The notes: generated from the sequence alone by a model not told the origin. Shown: positions 25,518 to 35,347, counted from the stretch's first letter. The stretch is DNA of 64,000 nucleotides from Candidatus Poseidoniaceae archaeon (GCA_964228815.1 CAXRAL010000083.1:5665-69664); one strand, 5' to 3'. Made by a program: numbers and translations.

Positions 25518-28091
25518 ATGGCCCGCCGCCTCATCATCGCTGTTCTTCTTGTTGCCATGTTTCTGGGCCAAACCACCAGCACGGTGATGTCCTTCGACCA
25601 AACCACGGTCAACGAGGTCAATGCCAGAAGTTCGGACGTCCGAATCAGTGAGATTCTGGTCTCAGCCTCCTCCGAACAATACAACGGCACCGATTGGAAC
25701 AACGACGGCGACATCGGCTCTTCTTCCGACCAATTCATCGAGTTGTGGAATGCAGGCACCGACCCCGTGGATGTCTCGGACTGGCTCTTGGATGACGTGG
25801 CTGAAGGTGGCTCCGCGCCGTGCCGACTGGCATGGAACACGACCATTGCGCCAAACGACTACATCGTCATCTTCCGAGCCAGTTCCAGAATTGAGTTGGA
25901 TTATTGGGACGGCGACACCGCTACCATCGCCGACGCCTCCGGCAACGTAGTTGACACACTGTCATACGGAGCTGAAGACTCGTGGTGGGACACGTCCTAC
26001 GTCAAAGCCCTCAACGGCACCATCACGAAAGTCAACCCCCCCACCCCCGGCTGGGGCGACGATGCGAGTTATCCGGTCGCTCAGAACATGGTTCGCTGCT
26101 ATGGTTTGAACGACAACGTGCACGAAGGCGCCTACGTTCTGAAAGGGCGCATCGTCCCCATGACCGGCGAAGCCGACGTCATCAACGAGGGACACGTATT
26201 GGTCAAGGACGGCATGATCGAAGCTGTCTGGGAAAACCAAGTCCCATCCGACATCCAATTAACGAACGTTCCCGTCATTGAGACCAACGGCACCATCTAC
26301 CCCGGGATGCTTGACCTCCACAACCACCTGCACTACAACCAGGCCCCGCTCTGGGACATGACCCCCCACCTCCCTGAAAACAACCGCAACGCTTGGGGTG
26401 GCTACAACAATCGCTACGAATGGAAGAACCATCCAGACTACAGCGAGCAGGTTACGAAGCCAAAGATGCTGGTTCACTCCGGACCGTACTGGAACATGGA
26501 ATCTGAAGCCATGAAGTACATCGAGATGAAATCCATCGTCGGTGGTGCGACGGCAGCCCAAGGCGGCCCGAGCAACCCCGATGACAGCTACGCAACCGTC
26601 CTCTCACGAAACATCGAGGACTACAACTTCGGCAGGGACGAAATCCACACCAAGGTCACGGAGTTGACCTCCGATTACATCGGCAACCACATCAAAACCG
26701 GCAACGCCAGCGGTGAACTTGACGCTTGGTTCATCCACATCGCTGAAGGCGTTGACGAACGCAGCAGGGCGGAGTTTGACATCCTCGTACAGAACAACCT
26801 CTTGGTCGGTGAATTGGTGCTGATTCACGGCGTGGCCCTCACGGACCAAGAATTCACCAAGATGGCGGACGTGGGCGCGACGCTCGTTTGGTCGCCTCTT
26901 TCCAACCTCTTGCTCTACGGGCAGACCGCCGACATTGCAGCCGCCAAAGCAGCCGGCGTCCACATCACGCTCGCCCCGGACTGGGCCCCCTCAGGTTCCA
27001 AATCCCCTCTCCACGAACTGAAGGTGGCCGACCTCTGGGACGACGAAATGCTCGGCGACATCTTCACCGATTACGAACTGGTCGAGATGGTGACCAGCAG
27101 CGCCGCCCAAGCGACCAACTGGGACGTTGAAGTCGGTACCATCGAAGCCGGCAAGGTCGCCGATCTGGTGGTCGTTGACAACATCGATGCCAATCCTTAC
27201 CGGAACCTCATCAACGCCGTGGACCCCGATGTTCGCTTGACCGTGGTCGGTGGCTTGGCCGTGTACGGCGACCAAGACATCATGACGGCCCTGAAGGGTG
27301 ACGACACCGAACCGGCCGGTAAATTCGGCAAAGCCGTTGACGTCACGTACTTGGCGGCGCCCGAAGGCGCACAAACATGGGCGAGCATCGTCGAAAACCT
27401 GACCATGGCCATGCGGTTTGACACCGAGGAAATGAGAGCGGCCTTCGGCGACGCCAACGACTTTGACAGCGTCACCCGAGACATGGGTTACGTCGGACTT
27501 GACCCGTGGTACACCTACGGCGATGAGCGGTACTTCAACGTCCTGAACGGCTCCTCGACGGCCAACTACCAGTGGGACATGTCCTTGCTGTACGACCGCT
27601 ATTACGACCGAGAAGAAACCCTTCCAGTCATCACCGAATTCGAAGTGGTTGAAGTGGAAGAACCCGAACCCTGCGAAGACGGAAGCGTACCACCGTGCAC
27701 CGTCGATGAACCTGACAACGGACCGGACGATTCCACCAATCAGACGACCGACGGTACGGGGGCCAACGACGGCACCGGTACCACAGACACCGGCAACAAC
27801 GGCGACAACGGACAAACCACCGTCCCCGTCGACACATCGCAAGCCGAGGATGACGATGTTGAGCAGCAAGCCCTGCTGCTGTTCTTTGTCATCGTTGTCC
27901 TGTTGCTCGTCGGCCTGTACGTCGTGTCAAGAGGCGGGGAAGACGCCCTGGCAGCCGAGGTTCAGATTGAGAAAATGTGGGACGAACAGGAAGAAGCGGC
28001 CGAGGCTGCGGCGATTGATGACGCACCGAGCTCCACCGGCTTCGTGCCTGCGCTCCCACCGTTGGAAGTTCCCTCGGACGAGACGGAGTGA
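25518..28091 (+). CDS. membrane-anchored extracellular amidohydrolase-superfamily enzyme with N-terminal lamin-tail (LTD) domain
   Basis: The ORF is 25464-28091. ATG 25518 gives the signal MARRLIIAVLLVAMFLGQTTS. The LTD pattern is VRISEILVSASS...DQFIELWNAGTDPVDVSDWLLDD. The metal-binding HxH is GMLDLHNHLHYN. The C-terminal TM span ALLLFFVIVVLLLVGLYVV is followed by a 54-aa tail. Confidence 0.75.
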   Translation: MARRLIIAVLLVAMFLGQTTSTVMSFDQTTVNEVNARSSDVRISEILVSASSEQYNGTDWNNDGDIGSSSDQFIELWNAGTDPVDVSDWLLDDVAEGGSAPCRLAWNTTIAPNDYIVIFRASSRIELDYWDGDTATIADASGNVVDTLSYGAEDSWWDTSYVKALNGTITKVNPPTPGWGDDASYPVAQNMVRCYGLNDNVHEGAYVLKGRIVPMTGEADVINEGHVLVKDGMIEAVWENQVPSDIQLTNVPVIETNGTIYPGMLDLHNHLHYNQAPLWDMTPHLPENNRNAWGGYNNRYEWKNHPDYSEQVTKPKMLVHSGPYWNMESEAMKYIEMKSIVGGATAAQGGPSNPDDSYATVLSRNIEDYNFGRDEIHTKVTELTSDYIGNHIKTGNASGELDAWFIHIAEGVDERSRAEFDILVQNNLLVGELVLIHGVALTDQEFTKMADVGATLVWSPLSNLLLYGQTADIAAAKAAGVHITLAPDWAPSGSKSPLHELKVADLWDDEMLGDIFTDYELVEMVTSSAAQATNWDVEVGTIEAGKVADLVVVDNIDANPYRNLINAVDPDVRLTVVGGLAVYGDQDIMTALKGDDTEPAGKFGKAVDVTYLAAPEGAQTWASIVENLTMAMRFDTEEMRAAFGDANDFDSVTRDMGYVGLDPWYTYGDERYFNVLNGSSTANYQWDMSLLYDRYYDREETLPVITEFEVVEVEEPEPCEDGSVPPCTVDEPDNGPDDSTNQTTDGTGANDGTGTTDTGNNGDNGQTTVPVDTSQAEDDDVEQQALLLFFVIVVLLLVGLYVVSRGGEDALAAEVQIEKMWDEQEEAAEAAAIDDAPSSTGFVPALPPLEVPSDETE

Positions 28092-29579
28092 TCAGGCAAG
28101 GTCCCATTCCGGCCCGGTGGCCGTGTCGGTCACCACCACGCCGAGGGCGTTCAGCTCATCGCGGATGCTGTCGGCACGGGCCCAATCTTTGCTGGCCCGG
28201 GCCTCACTTCGCTGCAGGAGAAGTGCCTCAACCTGATCGGCGATTTCGGCTTTTCGTGGATCCTCCTCCGGCTCCGCAAGAGCCACCTCTTGGGAGGGAA
28301 GCACGCCGAGCACGCGACCCGCCGTTTCCTCAAGAAGATCGACGGCGTAAGCGGCAAAGGCCTCCCGGTCAGCCTCGTCCATGTCCATGCTGAGGGTTTT
28401 GGTGATTTCCCGCACCATGCCGAGGACCTTGGCCACGGCTTCCCGGGAGTTGAAATCGTCGTCCATGGCTTGAGCAAAGCCTTCGCCCATCTTCTCGAGC
28501 AACCCGGTGGCTCGTGCGAGTGGATGAGGCGATGCGAGGTCGGGGTGGGGGAGATGAACGGTGGGGCCATTGCCAAGTGCCTTGAGCGCCTCAACATAAC
28601 AGGCCAACAACCGATTGTAATTTCGCTCAGCGTCGTTGAGCAGGGTCTCGTTCATATCGATGGGTGAGCGATAGTGGGCGTTGATGAGAGCAAAACGCAG
28701 CACCATGGCGTCCACCTTGGTGAGAATATCACGGATGGTCCAAAAATTGCCGAGGGATTTGCTCATCTTCTCGCCGTCGATGTTGACGAAGCCGTTGTGA
28801 AGCCAATGATGAACCACAGGAGAATGGCCGGTGTGGCACTCGCCCTGACAAATTTCTGCTTCGTGGTGTGGGAAACGGAGGTCGTGACCGCCACCGTGGA
28901 TGTCGAACTCTTTGCCGAAGTGGTCCATGGACATCGCCGTGCACTCGATGTGCCAGCCAGGCCGGCCCGGGCCCCAAGGCGAGTCCCACGTGGGTTCGCC
29001 CGGTTTCGCAGCCTTCCACAAGGCGAAGTCCTTGTGATCTCGCTTTCCCGAGCCTGTCTCGCCCACGCGTCCTCCTGCGCCCGAACGAACGGCGTCAATG
29101 GATTGACCGGTCAGTTGCCCGTATTTTTCGGGGGCAGATTCCACATCAAAATAGACGCCGTCGTCAGCCTCGTAAGCGTGACCCTTCTCGATGAGGTCCG
29201 TCGTGATGCGGACCATTTCATCAACGTAGTCCGTGCATCGCGGGTATTCATCAGCCCGCAAGATGTTGAGCGCATCCATGTCCTCGTAGTAGGCCTCAAT
29301 GTTCTGATCGACCAGAGCCTTCCAGTCACCGTCCAGTTCGTTGGCTCGGTGGATGATTTTGTCGTCGATGTCGGTGAAATTTTGAACGTACTGAACGTCG
29401 TATCCACTGGATTCAAGCCAACGATGAATCAAATCAAAGGCCAGATAACAGCGTGCGTGGCCCAGATGACATCGGTCGTACACCGTAACACCGCAGACGT
29501 ACATGGAGACTTTTCCGGGCTCCAGCGTGGTGAAGTTCACCTTTTCGCGACGGCGGGTATCGTGCAGACGAATGGGCAT
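28092..29579 (-). CDS. cysS: cysteinyl-tRNA synthetase
   Basis: HIGH-type motif (HLGHARCYLAFD), KMSKS (EKMSKSLGN), and Zn-binding Cys/His positions typical of CysRS. The length of 495 aa is typical. Confidence 0.95.
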   Translation of the reverse strand: MPIRLHDTRRREKVNFTTLEPGKVSMYVCGVTVYDRCHLGHARCYLAFDLIHRWLESSGYDVQYVQNFTDIDDKIIHRANELDGDWKALVDQNIEAYYEDMDALNILRADEYPRCTDYVDEMVRITTDLIEKGHAYEADDGVYFDVESAPEKYGQLTGQSIDAVRSGAGGRVGETGSGKRDHKDFALWKAAKPGEPTWDSPWGPGRPGWHIECTAMSMDHFGKEFDIHGGGHDLRFPHHEAEICQGECHTGHSPVVHHWLHNGFVNIDGEKMSKSLGNFWTIRDILTKVDAMVLRFALINAHYRSPIDMNETLLNDAERNYNRLLACYVEALKALGNGPTVHLPHPDLASPHPLARATGLLEKMGEGFAQAMDDDFNSREAVAKVLGMVREITKTLSMDMDEADREAFAAYAVDLLEETAGRVLGVLPSQEVALAEPEEDPRKAEIADQVEALLLQRSEARASKDWARADSIRDELNALGVVVTDTATGPEWDLA

Positions 29580-29647
29580 GGGCTCATCTCGGGGTGGCGG
29601 CGGGTTGCACTTGAAGGTTCATACGGGACCCCTGTGTCGCCCGCCGT

Positions 29648-30667
29648 ATGGCCGATGAATCACCAAAACGCATCTTCGTCACGGGTGTCAACGGTCACAT
29701 CGGGAATCACATCGTTCGGGACTTGCTCGAACACGGCTACGCCGTGCGAGGGTCGGTGCGGAACCTCAACGACGCCGAAAAAACAGACCATGTTCGCGCC
29801 CATGCAACTGAACTCGGGTGCGAGGACCGGTTGGAACTCGTTGAGGGAGACGTCCTCGATGCCGACGGTTGGGCAACGCATCTGAGCGGCTGTGACGGTT
29901 TGTTTCACACCGCTACGATGTACTCCACGCGAGGAAGCGCCGCCGAAATCCTAGACACGGCCAACAAGGGCACCACGCATCTGCTGCACGCCGCCGCAGA
30001 AGCCGGCATCCAGCGCATCGTCTACACCTCAAGCACCGCTGCGGTCGGCACATCGCCGAAAGGTCAGGTCAAAGACGAGGCGGCATGGAACACCGACACC
30101 TCCCTTCCTTACACCGTTGCCAAGACCCAATCCGAACGTCTGGCTTGGAGGCTTGCAGAAGAGCTGGGGCTCGATGTCCGCGTCATCAACCCCACCGCTG
30201 TGTTGGGTGGTGGATTTGTTCGACCGACACCCAGCGTGGACTTCTTCCAAGACGCTATTGCTGGCAACTACCCCGTCGCCCCCAAATTTCCCATGTCCGT
30301 GGTTCACGTCCGAGACGTCGCTCGAGCCCACCGACGGGCCTTCGAAGTGGATGAAGCGGAGGGGCGCTTCATCCTCGCCCCCCACGCCAACCTCACGCTG
30401 GCTACAATTTGCAAGCGCATCCGCACGCTCAATCCGACCACCAAAGCACCGAAGTACAGCCTGCCCAACACCCTCGTTCCACTGGCCGTGTTCCAAGACT
30501 GGTTGGGAGGGAAATTTGGACGTCAACGCTACCTTACACGCGCCGTGGCCAAGAACATGATGGGCGGCGACACCAACTACTCAAGTGCCAAAGCCGAGAA
30601 GGTTCTCGGCATGACATGGGAGGATTTTGACACGTGCATCCAAGATACGGTCGACGTCTTCCTCTGA
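29648..30667 (+). CDS. NAD(P)-dependent extended SDR (dihydroflavonol/cinnamoyl-CoA reductase-like aldehyde reductase family)
   Basis: IFVTGVNGHIGNHIVRDLLEHGYAVRGSVR (Rossmann) and YTVAKTQSE (YxxxK). Confidence 0.8.
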   Translation: MADESPKRIFVTGVNGHIGNHIVRDLLEHGYAVRGSVRNLNDAEKTDHVRAHATELGCEDRLELVEGDVLDADGWATHLSGCDGLFHTATMYSTRGSAAEILDTANKGTTHLLHAAAEAGIQRIVYTSSTAAVGTSPKGQVKDEAAWNTDTSLPYTVAKTQSERLAWRLAEELGLDVRVINPTAVLGGGFVRPTPSVDFFQDAIAGNYPVAPKFPMSVVHVRDVARAHRRAFEVDEAEGRFILAPHANLTLATICKRIRTLNPTTKAPKYSLPNTLVPLAVFQDWLGGKFGRQRYLTRAVAKNMMGGDTNYSSAKAEKVLGMTWEDFDTCIQDTVDVFL

Positions 30668-31329
30668 ACCGTGAACAAGGCCTGCTGGTCGCTTCCGGTG
30701 CATGGTTGATTCCCACCATCACCGTCGTAGCGGCCACCCTGATTCACCTCTTCGACCAACCTCGTGCCATACCGTTCTTCATTTCTGAAACCGATTACCG
30801 AGGCCTCCAAGACCTCGTGTTCACCGTGGGATTGACCCTGGGTGGTGTATGCCAGATGGCCTATGCTTGGCACCTCTACCACGAACTCGAAGCCGCACGA
30901 CCACGAACATGGTTTGTCGCCTCGTTGCTCGGCGTCTTGGCGTCGGCCAACACCGTGTTGGTCAGCCATTACGACATGTACGACCACATCAACCCTCACA
31001 TTCTCACGGCGATGCTGGCGTTTGGGGGAGGCGTTGCTTGGGCGTTCACCGCCGGTTGGGCCATGGGCGACATGGCCACGAACACCGGTCGACGATGGAG
31101 AAGGATCGGCTTCACCATGGCAGCGGTCGGCTTTGTTGTCATGGTAGTGGCCTTCCAGTCCGCCGCCAGCAACGTCGACCCCACCGGACTGACGACGGTT
31201 GAATTCCTCAACCAAGCCCAAAGCGGCATTGTCGTCGCAGCCCCGGCCGAGTACGTTCTGGTGGCTGGCCTGATGCTTTGCCTCGCTTCGTTTCGCTACG
31301 AATTGCTCGCCAAAGAGCAAGCCTCATGA
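30634..31329 (+). CDS. polytopic membrane protein, function unknown (possibly Frag1/DRAM/Sfk1- or DUF998-like)
   Basis: About 6 hydrophobic spans, with FFISETDYRG after the first span. The GTG start at 30634 overlaps the upstream stop by 34 nt. A TTG at 30706 is an alternative start. Confidence 0.5.
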   Translation: MHPRYGRRLPLNREQGLLVASGAWLIPTITVVAATLIHLFDQPRAIPFFISETDYRGLQDLVFTVGLTLGGVCQMAYAWHLYHELEAARPRTWFVASLLGVLASANTVLVSHYDMYDHINPHILTAMLAFGGGVAWAFTAGWAMGDMATNTGRRWRRIGFTMAAVGFVVMVVAFQSAASNVDPTGLTTVEFLNQAQSGIVVAAPAEYVLVAGLMLCLASFRYELLAKEQAS

Positions 31330-31362
31330 GGGTCCACCCCACCGTTCTCTCCGGGTGGGATT

Positions 31363-31935
31363 ATGAGAAGAGCCATGGTTGGACTCATCGCCATGACCCT
31401 CATGCTTGCGGGATGCGTCGAGGAACAACCTGCATCTGAGGAGGAAGAAGCGCCGGTGCTACCGGTGGCGACCGTGTTTCCAGCTTGGGAAGGTGTGGAT
31501 CACACCAACATGAGCCACACCAGCGAGGCGTTCACCAACCAATCCTACCTGGCTTACTTTTCCGCCCCGTGGTGCACCCACTGTGAAACGACATTGGACG
31601 CCTACGACCTGACCGTTCCTGCCGAGCGAATCGTGGTCTTCTCCCGAGAATCACGCGAAGAATACGCAAACATGAGCGAGTGGCACAACACCACCGAGCA
31701 GAACCTTAACCGCACCGTCAACCGGCCGTTCATCCTTCACCCCGACCTCGCCATAGACATCGAAGCCAAGTCCATTCCACATGCCGTGTTCGTGAACCCA
31801 CAGGGCTACGCCTTCCATGTCGAGATTGGAAAGGAAACCAATCAATCCTACATCCAATCGGTTTGGGCACTGACAGAGACCGCCGTGTTTGACGAAACGA
31901 CAGGGTGGAACCACCAAATCGAAGCATCAAGTTGA
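31363..31935 (+). CDS. secreted thioredoxin-fold (TlpA/ResA/CcmG-like) lipobox protein
   Basis: MRRAMVGLIAMTLMLAGCVEEQ (signal plus lipobox-like Cys) and the CxxC motif FSAPWCTHCE. Confidence 0.65.
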   Translation: MRRAMVGLIAMTLMLAGCVEEQPASEEEEAPVLPVATVFPAWEGVDHTNMSHTSEAFTNQSYLAYFSAPWCTHCETTLDAYDLTVPAERIVVFSRESREEYANMSEWHNTTEQNLNRTVNRPFILHPDLAIDIEAKSIPHAVFVNPQGYAFHVEIGKETNQSYIQSVWALTETAVFDETTGWNHQIEASS

Positions 31936-32244
31936 GCGCAGCGCAAGCAGGGCTGGCGGAACGGTGTAGGTGTACGTTCCTCCTTCACCTCCCAAGGTCA
32001 GCGAGGTCAAGTCCGACGAGAACGCCACCGTGTCAAACACGCTTTTGATCGCATGCAGAGGCATGTTGGCCACTAGCTCACCCGAGCGGGTGATCGAAAT
32101 CCCCGTGGCGACAGAAGGCGGCAGCGACCTGAAGGTCAGAAAATCCTCGGTGATGGAGAGGTGGCCTATGCCGTTGAACATGAGACGGAAATGCTCGGAG
32201 ATGGCGGTCCAGTCGTCTTCGAAGCGGTGCAGTTTCTCCATCAC
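31927..32244 (-). CDS. small hypothetical protein (105 aa)
   Basis: It has GC3-rich codon usage like its neighbours and sits directly downstream of mutY on the same strand. The plus-strand ORF 31970-32284 is its shadow. No family recognised. Confidence 0.4.
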   Translation of the reverse strand: MMEKLHRFEDDWTAISEHFRLMFNGIGHLSITEDFLTFRSLPPSVATGISITRSGELVANMPLHAIKSVFDTVAFSSDLTSLTLGGEGGTYTYTVPPALLALRST

Positions 32245-32278
32245 GCATCACCCCTCATGTTTCCATCCTGGTTCGCCA

Positions 32279-33268
32279 TCATGACCTCTCCTCCAACAAC
32301 CTTTGTGAAGCCATGGCCAACACCTTCTCGTCGAGGGTTGAACAGGCCACGGCACTTGGTTCTGTGCCCGTTTCACCGGCAGCAGATGTTCCGACCAAGA
32401 CATGAACGGTCATCGACCGATGGCTGAGTTGGTGGTTGACAACACCTGCCTCGACGTAGGTCGAGCCTCCCTCCCTTCGCCCGTCCGCGTACACCGGCCC
32501 CCACATGCCTCCGAACAGTCCGCTCGGTGGTCGCTGTTTGAGCACCGGGCGACCTCGGTCGTCATGGTCGACGATGGCGGTCAGGATGACCGCCTTGGTT
32601 TGTTGTTGCTTGGGAAGCGGGTAGCGTTCTGGCGTGGAACGTCCTTGACACGAAGAAGCGACAGGGCATCGACTGCATCCGACCCGTTTGGGCGTGCAGA
32701 CCGTCGCCCCCAACTCCATCAGCGCCTGATTCCAATCGCCAGGCCTTTCGACTTCGAGCGAGGCGTCAGCCCACGCCTGAACCTGCTTTGGTGTCGGCTC
32801 GGGCTGAGCGGTCTGTCGCGCCATCACCCGACGGATGTTGCCGTCAACGCAGGCCACGGGCTGACCGAACGCGATGCTGGCCACGGCGGCAGCGGTGTAA
32901 GGCCCAATGCCGGGAAGCAACAGCAGTTCGTCGTACGTTGAAGGCAATCGACCGTCGAATCCGCCTTCGGTCTTTGGAAGCATGACGCGTTGGCTGAGGG
33001 CATGAAGACGACGAGCCCGGCTGTAGTAGCCCGCACCTTCCCACGCCTTCAGCACGGCATCAACCGGAGCATCCGCCATTGAAGCAATGGTCGGAAACGT
33101 CTCAACCATCCGCTGCCAGTACACCAAACCACGACTTACTTGGGTTTGCTGCAGAAGAATCTCACTGAGAAGAATGTGCCACGGGTCGTTGGTTTGTCGC
33201 CACGGCAACGCCCGCTGGTGCTCGTCGTACCACTGCAGCAGGGCGTGCTGGTCGTCGTGGTTGAGCAC
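32279..33268 (-). CDS. mutY: A/G-specific adenine DNA glycosylase MutY (HhH-GPD plus C-terminal NUDIX-like domain)
   Basis: LPWRQTNDPWHILLSEILLQQT, HhH-GPD LLLLPGIGPYTAAAV, and the 4Fe-4S loop CTPKRVGCSRCPVASSC. Confidence 0.85.
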   Translation of the reverse strand: MLNHDDQHALLQWYDEHQRALPWRQTNDPWHILLSEILLQQTQVSRGLVYWQRMVETFPTIASMADAPVDAVLKAWEGAGYYSRARRLHALSQRVMLPKTEGGFDGRLPSTYDELLLLPGIGPYTAAAVASIAFGQPVACVDGNIRRVMARQTAQPEPTPKQVQAWADASLEVERPGDWNQALMELGATVCTPKRVGCSRCPVASSCQGRSTPERYPLPKQQQTKAVILTAIVDHDDRGRPVLKQRPPSGLFGGMWGPVYADGRREGGSTYVEAGVVNHQLSHRSMTVHVLVGTSAAGETGTEPSAVACSTLDEKVLAMASQRLLEERS

Positions 33269-33277
33269 GCCTCAACC

Positions 33278-35347
33278 TCAGGCTTCAGCAGGTTCAGCCG
33301 CCGGTTCGGCTGAAGCTTTGGCGGCTTCGATCTTGGCGTCGTTGGCCTTGATTTGTTCCCACACCAACTCGGCCACGTCCTTGACTTCCATTTCCGCACC
33401 GATGGCGCTCAAGCCGTCGGTGACCATGGTCGAACAGAACGGACAACCCACGGCCACGGTATCGGCACCGGTAGCAGCGAGTTCCTTCGAGCGAATCACG
33501 TTAACACGGTCGTAGCCTTCGTCGACGTGCTCTTCCATCCACATTTGGGCACCGCCGGCACCGCAACAGAAGGAGTCCCGCCCGTGGCGTTCGGCTTCAA
33601 CATCCACGCCGCCAATGGCGGCGCGGGGCGCATCCAATTCGCCACCAATGCGCCCGAGGTAGCACGGGTCGTGGAAGGTCACCGAGCCGTCGTGCTTGGG
33701 CTGAGGGAGTTTGCCTTCGGTTTGCAAGTGGCTGATGAGTTGGGAGTGGTGCATGACTTCAATGTCTTCTCCGCCGTAGTCCTTGTACTCCTTTCCAAGC
33801 GTGTGGAAGCAGTGCGGGCAGGAAGCGACGATCTTCTTGACCCCGATTTCTTCGAAGGTGGACAGGTTGGTCTCGGCGAGCATCTGGAACAGGTACTCGT
33901 TGCCAGCACGGCGGGCTGCGTCACCGCTGCAACCTTCCTGCATGCCGAGGATGCCGACATCAAGGCCGGCTTCTTTCATGATGCTGATGGTGTCCCTGGC
34001 GACCTTCTTGTTGCGCTCGTCAAAGGAGGCGGCGCAACCTGCGAAGTAGATGTATTCGGCTGGCTCTGCCACCTTCACGTCAAGTCCATCGGCCCAATCA
34101 CCACGCTCGTGGGCGGGCAGGCCATAGGGGTTGGAATCGGATTCAAGGTTCTCGATCGTGGCCATGAGCGGCATGACCGTCTCCTCAACGCTCTCGTCGA
34201 ACTCCATGCGCTCCATCATCAGGTGGCGTCGAGCATCGGTCAGCTTGGGCACGTGGTCGATGTAGATGGGGCAAGCCTCAACGCAGGCGTGGCAGGTCGT
34301 GCAGGCCCAAATGGCGCCTTCGCCGAAGCGAGCGATGATGTCCTCCTCGGGTGTCTCGTCGGCGAACAAGGTCGTGGCGTGGTCGTTGGCGTAATGGCGA
34401 ACGTCATGAATGATCTGCATCGGGTTGAGGTCCTTGCCACTGGCGTACGCCGGACAGACGTCTTGGCAGCGAGCACACGAGGTGCAGGCCCAGCCGTCGA
34501 TGAGGTCTCGCCAGGTGAAATCGGTGTAGTTAACGGCACCAAAGGACTCCACATCGAGGTCATCGAGCAAGACGGCCTTGCCGTTTTCACCACGGGCCAG
34601 CGGCTCCATGGTGGCCATGGGGCGGAGGTCGTGGAAGAACACGTTCGGGAAGGCCATCACCAAGTGCATGTGCTTGGAGAGCGGGATGAGGAACAGGAAA
34701 ACACAGATGGCAAGCATGTGAGCCCAGTAGGCGGCGATGACGATGCTCGCAGCAGGTGCCAGGGTAGCGTACACCCAGTATCCAATGGGCTCCCACGTAG
34801 AGGAAACGGTGGACTCACCGGCTTCAACCACGAACGACGTGGTGGTGATGGTCATGATGAGCAGCAGGATGACGTTGCCTTCGAGTTGGGACTTGCCCTT
34901 GAGCTTCTCCGGCGTGAACACCACACGGCGAATCAACGCCAACACACAGCCGACGAACGCGATGGTGTAGCCCACCTCAACCATGAGGTTCCAAGGCCCA
35001 CGTACGATTTCGGGGAGCACCTTTTGTGAGAACTGGTTGCCGCTGGCGAGGTCGAACATGTCGGTGGACAGCATGAGGAAACCCCAGAACATGAGGACGT
35101 GAATCCCACCGGCGATGCGATCCTTGAGCACTTTTTTCTGACCGAGCCATCCACTCAGTACCTCAGAAATTCGTGCCCCCCAATTGTCAAATCGGTTCTC
35201 CGGTTTGCCCTTCAGGACAAGCTTGCTGGCCTTCCACACCTGATAGCCAAAGAAGCCACCAGAGACGCCAAACAACACCAAGAGAATGGCCCAACCGGGG
35301 ACGGGGCCGTAATCCAAAAACAACGGATGTTCCACTGTGCTCACCAT
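33278..35347 (-). CDS. membrane-bound Fe-S oxidoreductase: N-terminal NarI/HdrE/DsrM-like polytopic domain fused to an HdrD/DsrK/GlpC-like domain
   Basis: The ORF is 33278-35404; start at ATG 35347. It has about 5-6 TM spans with conserved His (HVLMFWGF, AYWAHMLAI, SKHMHLV), two ferredoxin motifs (CTSCARCQDVCPA, CTTCHACVEACPI) and two CCG-type Cys-rich motifs (CPHCFHTLG, FCCGAGGAQMW). Confidence 0.8.
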   Translation of the reverse strand: MVSTVEHPLFLDYGPVPGWAILLVLFGVSGGFFGYQVWKASKLVLKGKPENRFDNWGARISEVLSGWLGQKKVLKDRIAGGIHVLMFWGFLMLSTDMFDLASGNQFSQKVLPEIVRGPWNLMVEVGYTIAFVGCVLALIRRVVFTPEKLKGKSQLEGNVILLLIMTITTTSFVVEAGESTVSSTWEPIGYWVYATLAPAASIVIAAYWAHMLAICVFLFLIPLSKHMHLVMAFPNVFFHDLRPMATMEPLARGENGKAVLLDDLDVESFGAVNYTDFTWRDLIDGWACTSCARCQDVCPAYASGKDLNPMQIIHDVRHYANDHATTLFADETPEEDIIARFGEGAIWACTTCHACVEACPIYIDHVPKLTDARRHLMMERMEFDESVEETVMPLMATIENLESDSNPYGLPAHERGDWADGLDVKVAEPAEYIYFAGCAASFDERNKKVARDTISIMKEAGLDVGILGMQEGCSGDAARRAGNEYLFQMLAETNLSTFEEIGVKKIVASCPHCFHTLGKEYKDYGGEDIEVMHHSQLISHLQTEGKLPQPKHDGSVTFHDPCYLGRIGGELDAPRAAIGGVDVEAERHGRDSFCCGAGGAQMWMEEHVDEGYDRVNVIRSKELAATGADTVAVGCPFCSTMVTDGLSAIGAEMEVKDVAELVWEQIKANDAKIEAAKASAEPAAEPAEA

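Noticed and set aside
28674-29885. 403-aa plus-strand ORF
   Set aside because: It is mostly antisense to cysS. Its 3' part runs in a different frame across the start of the SDR gene. No motifs were found.
33353-35029. 558-aa plus-strand ORF
   Set aside because: It is antisense to the Fe-S oxidoreductase, whose Cys motifs and TM spans give strong coding evidence on the minus strand. The translation is low-complexity and G/V/H/R-rich.
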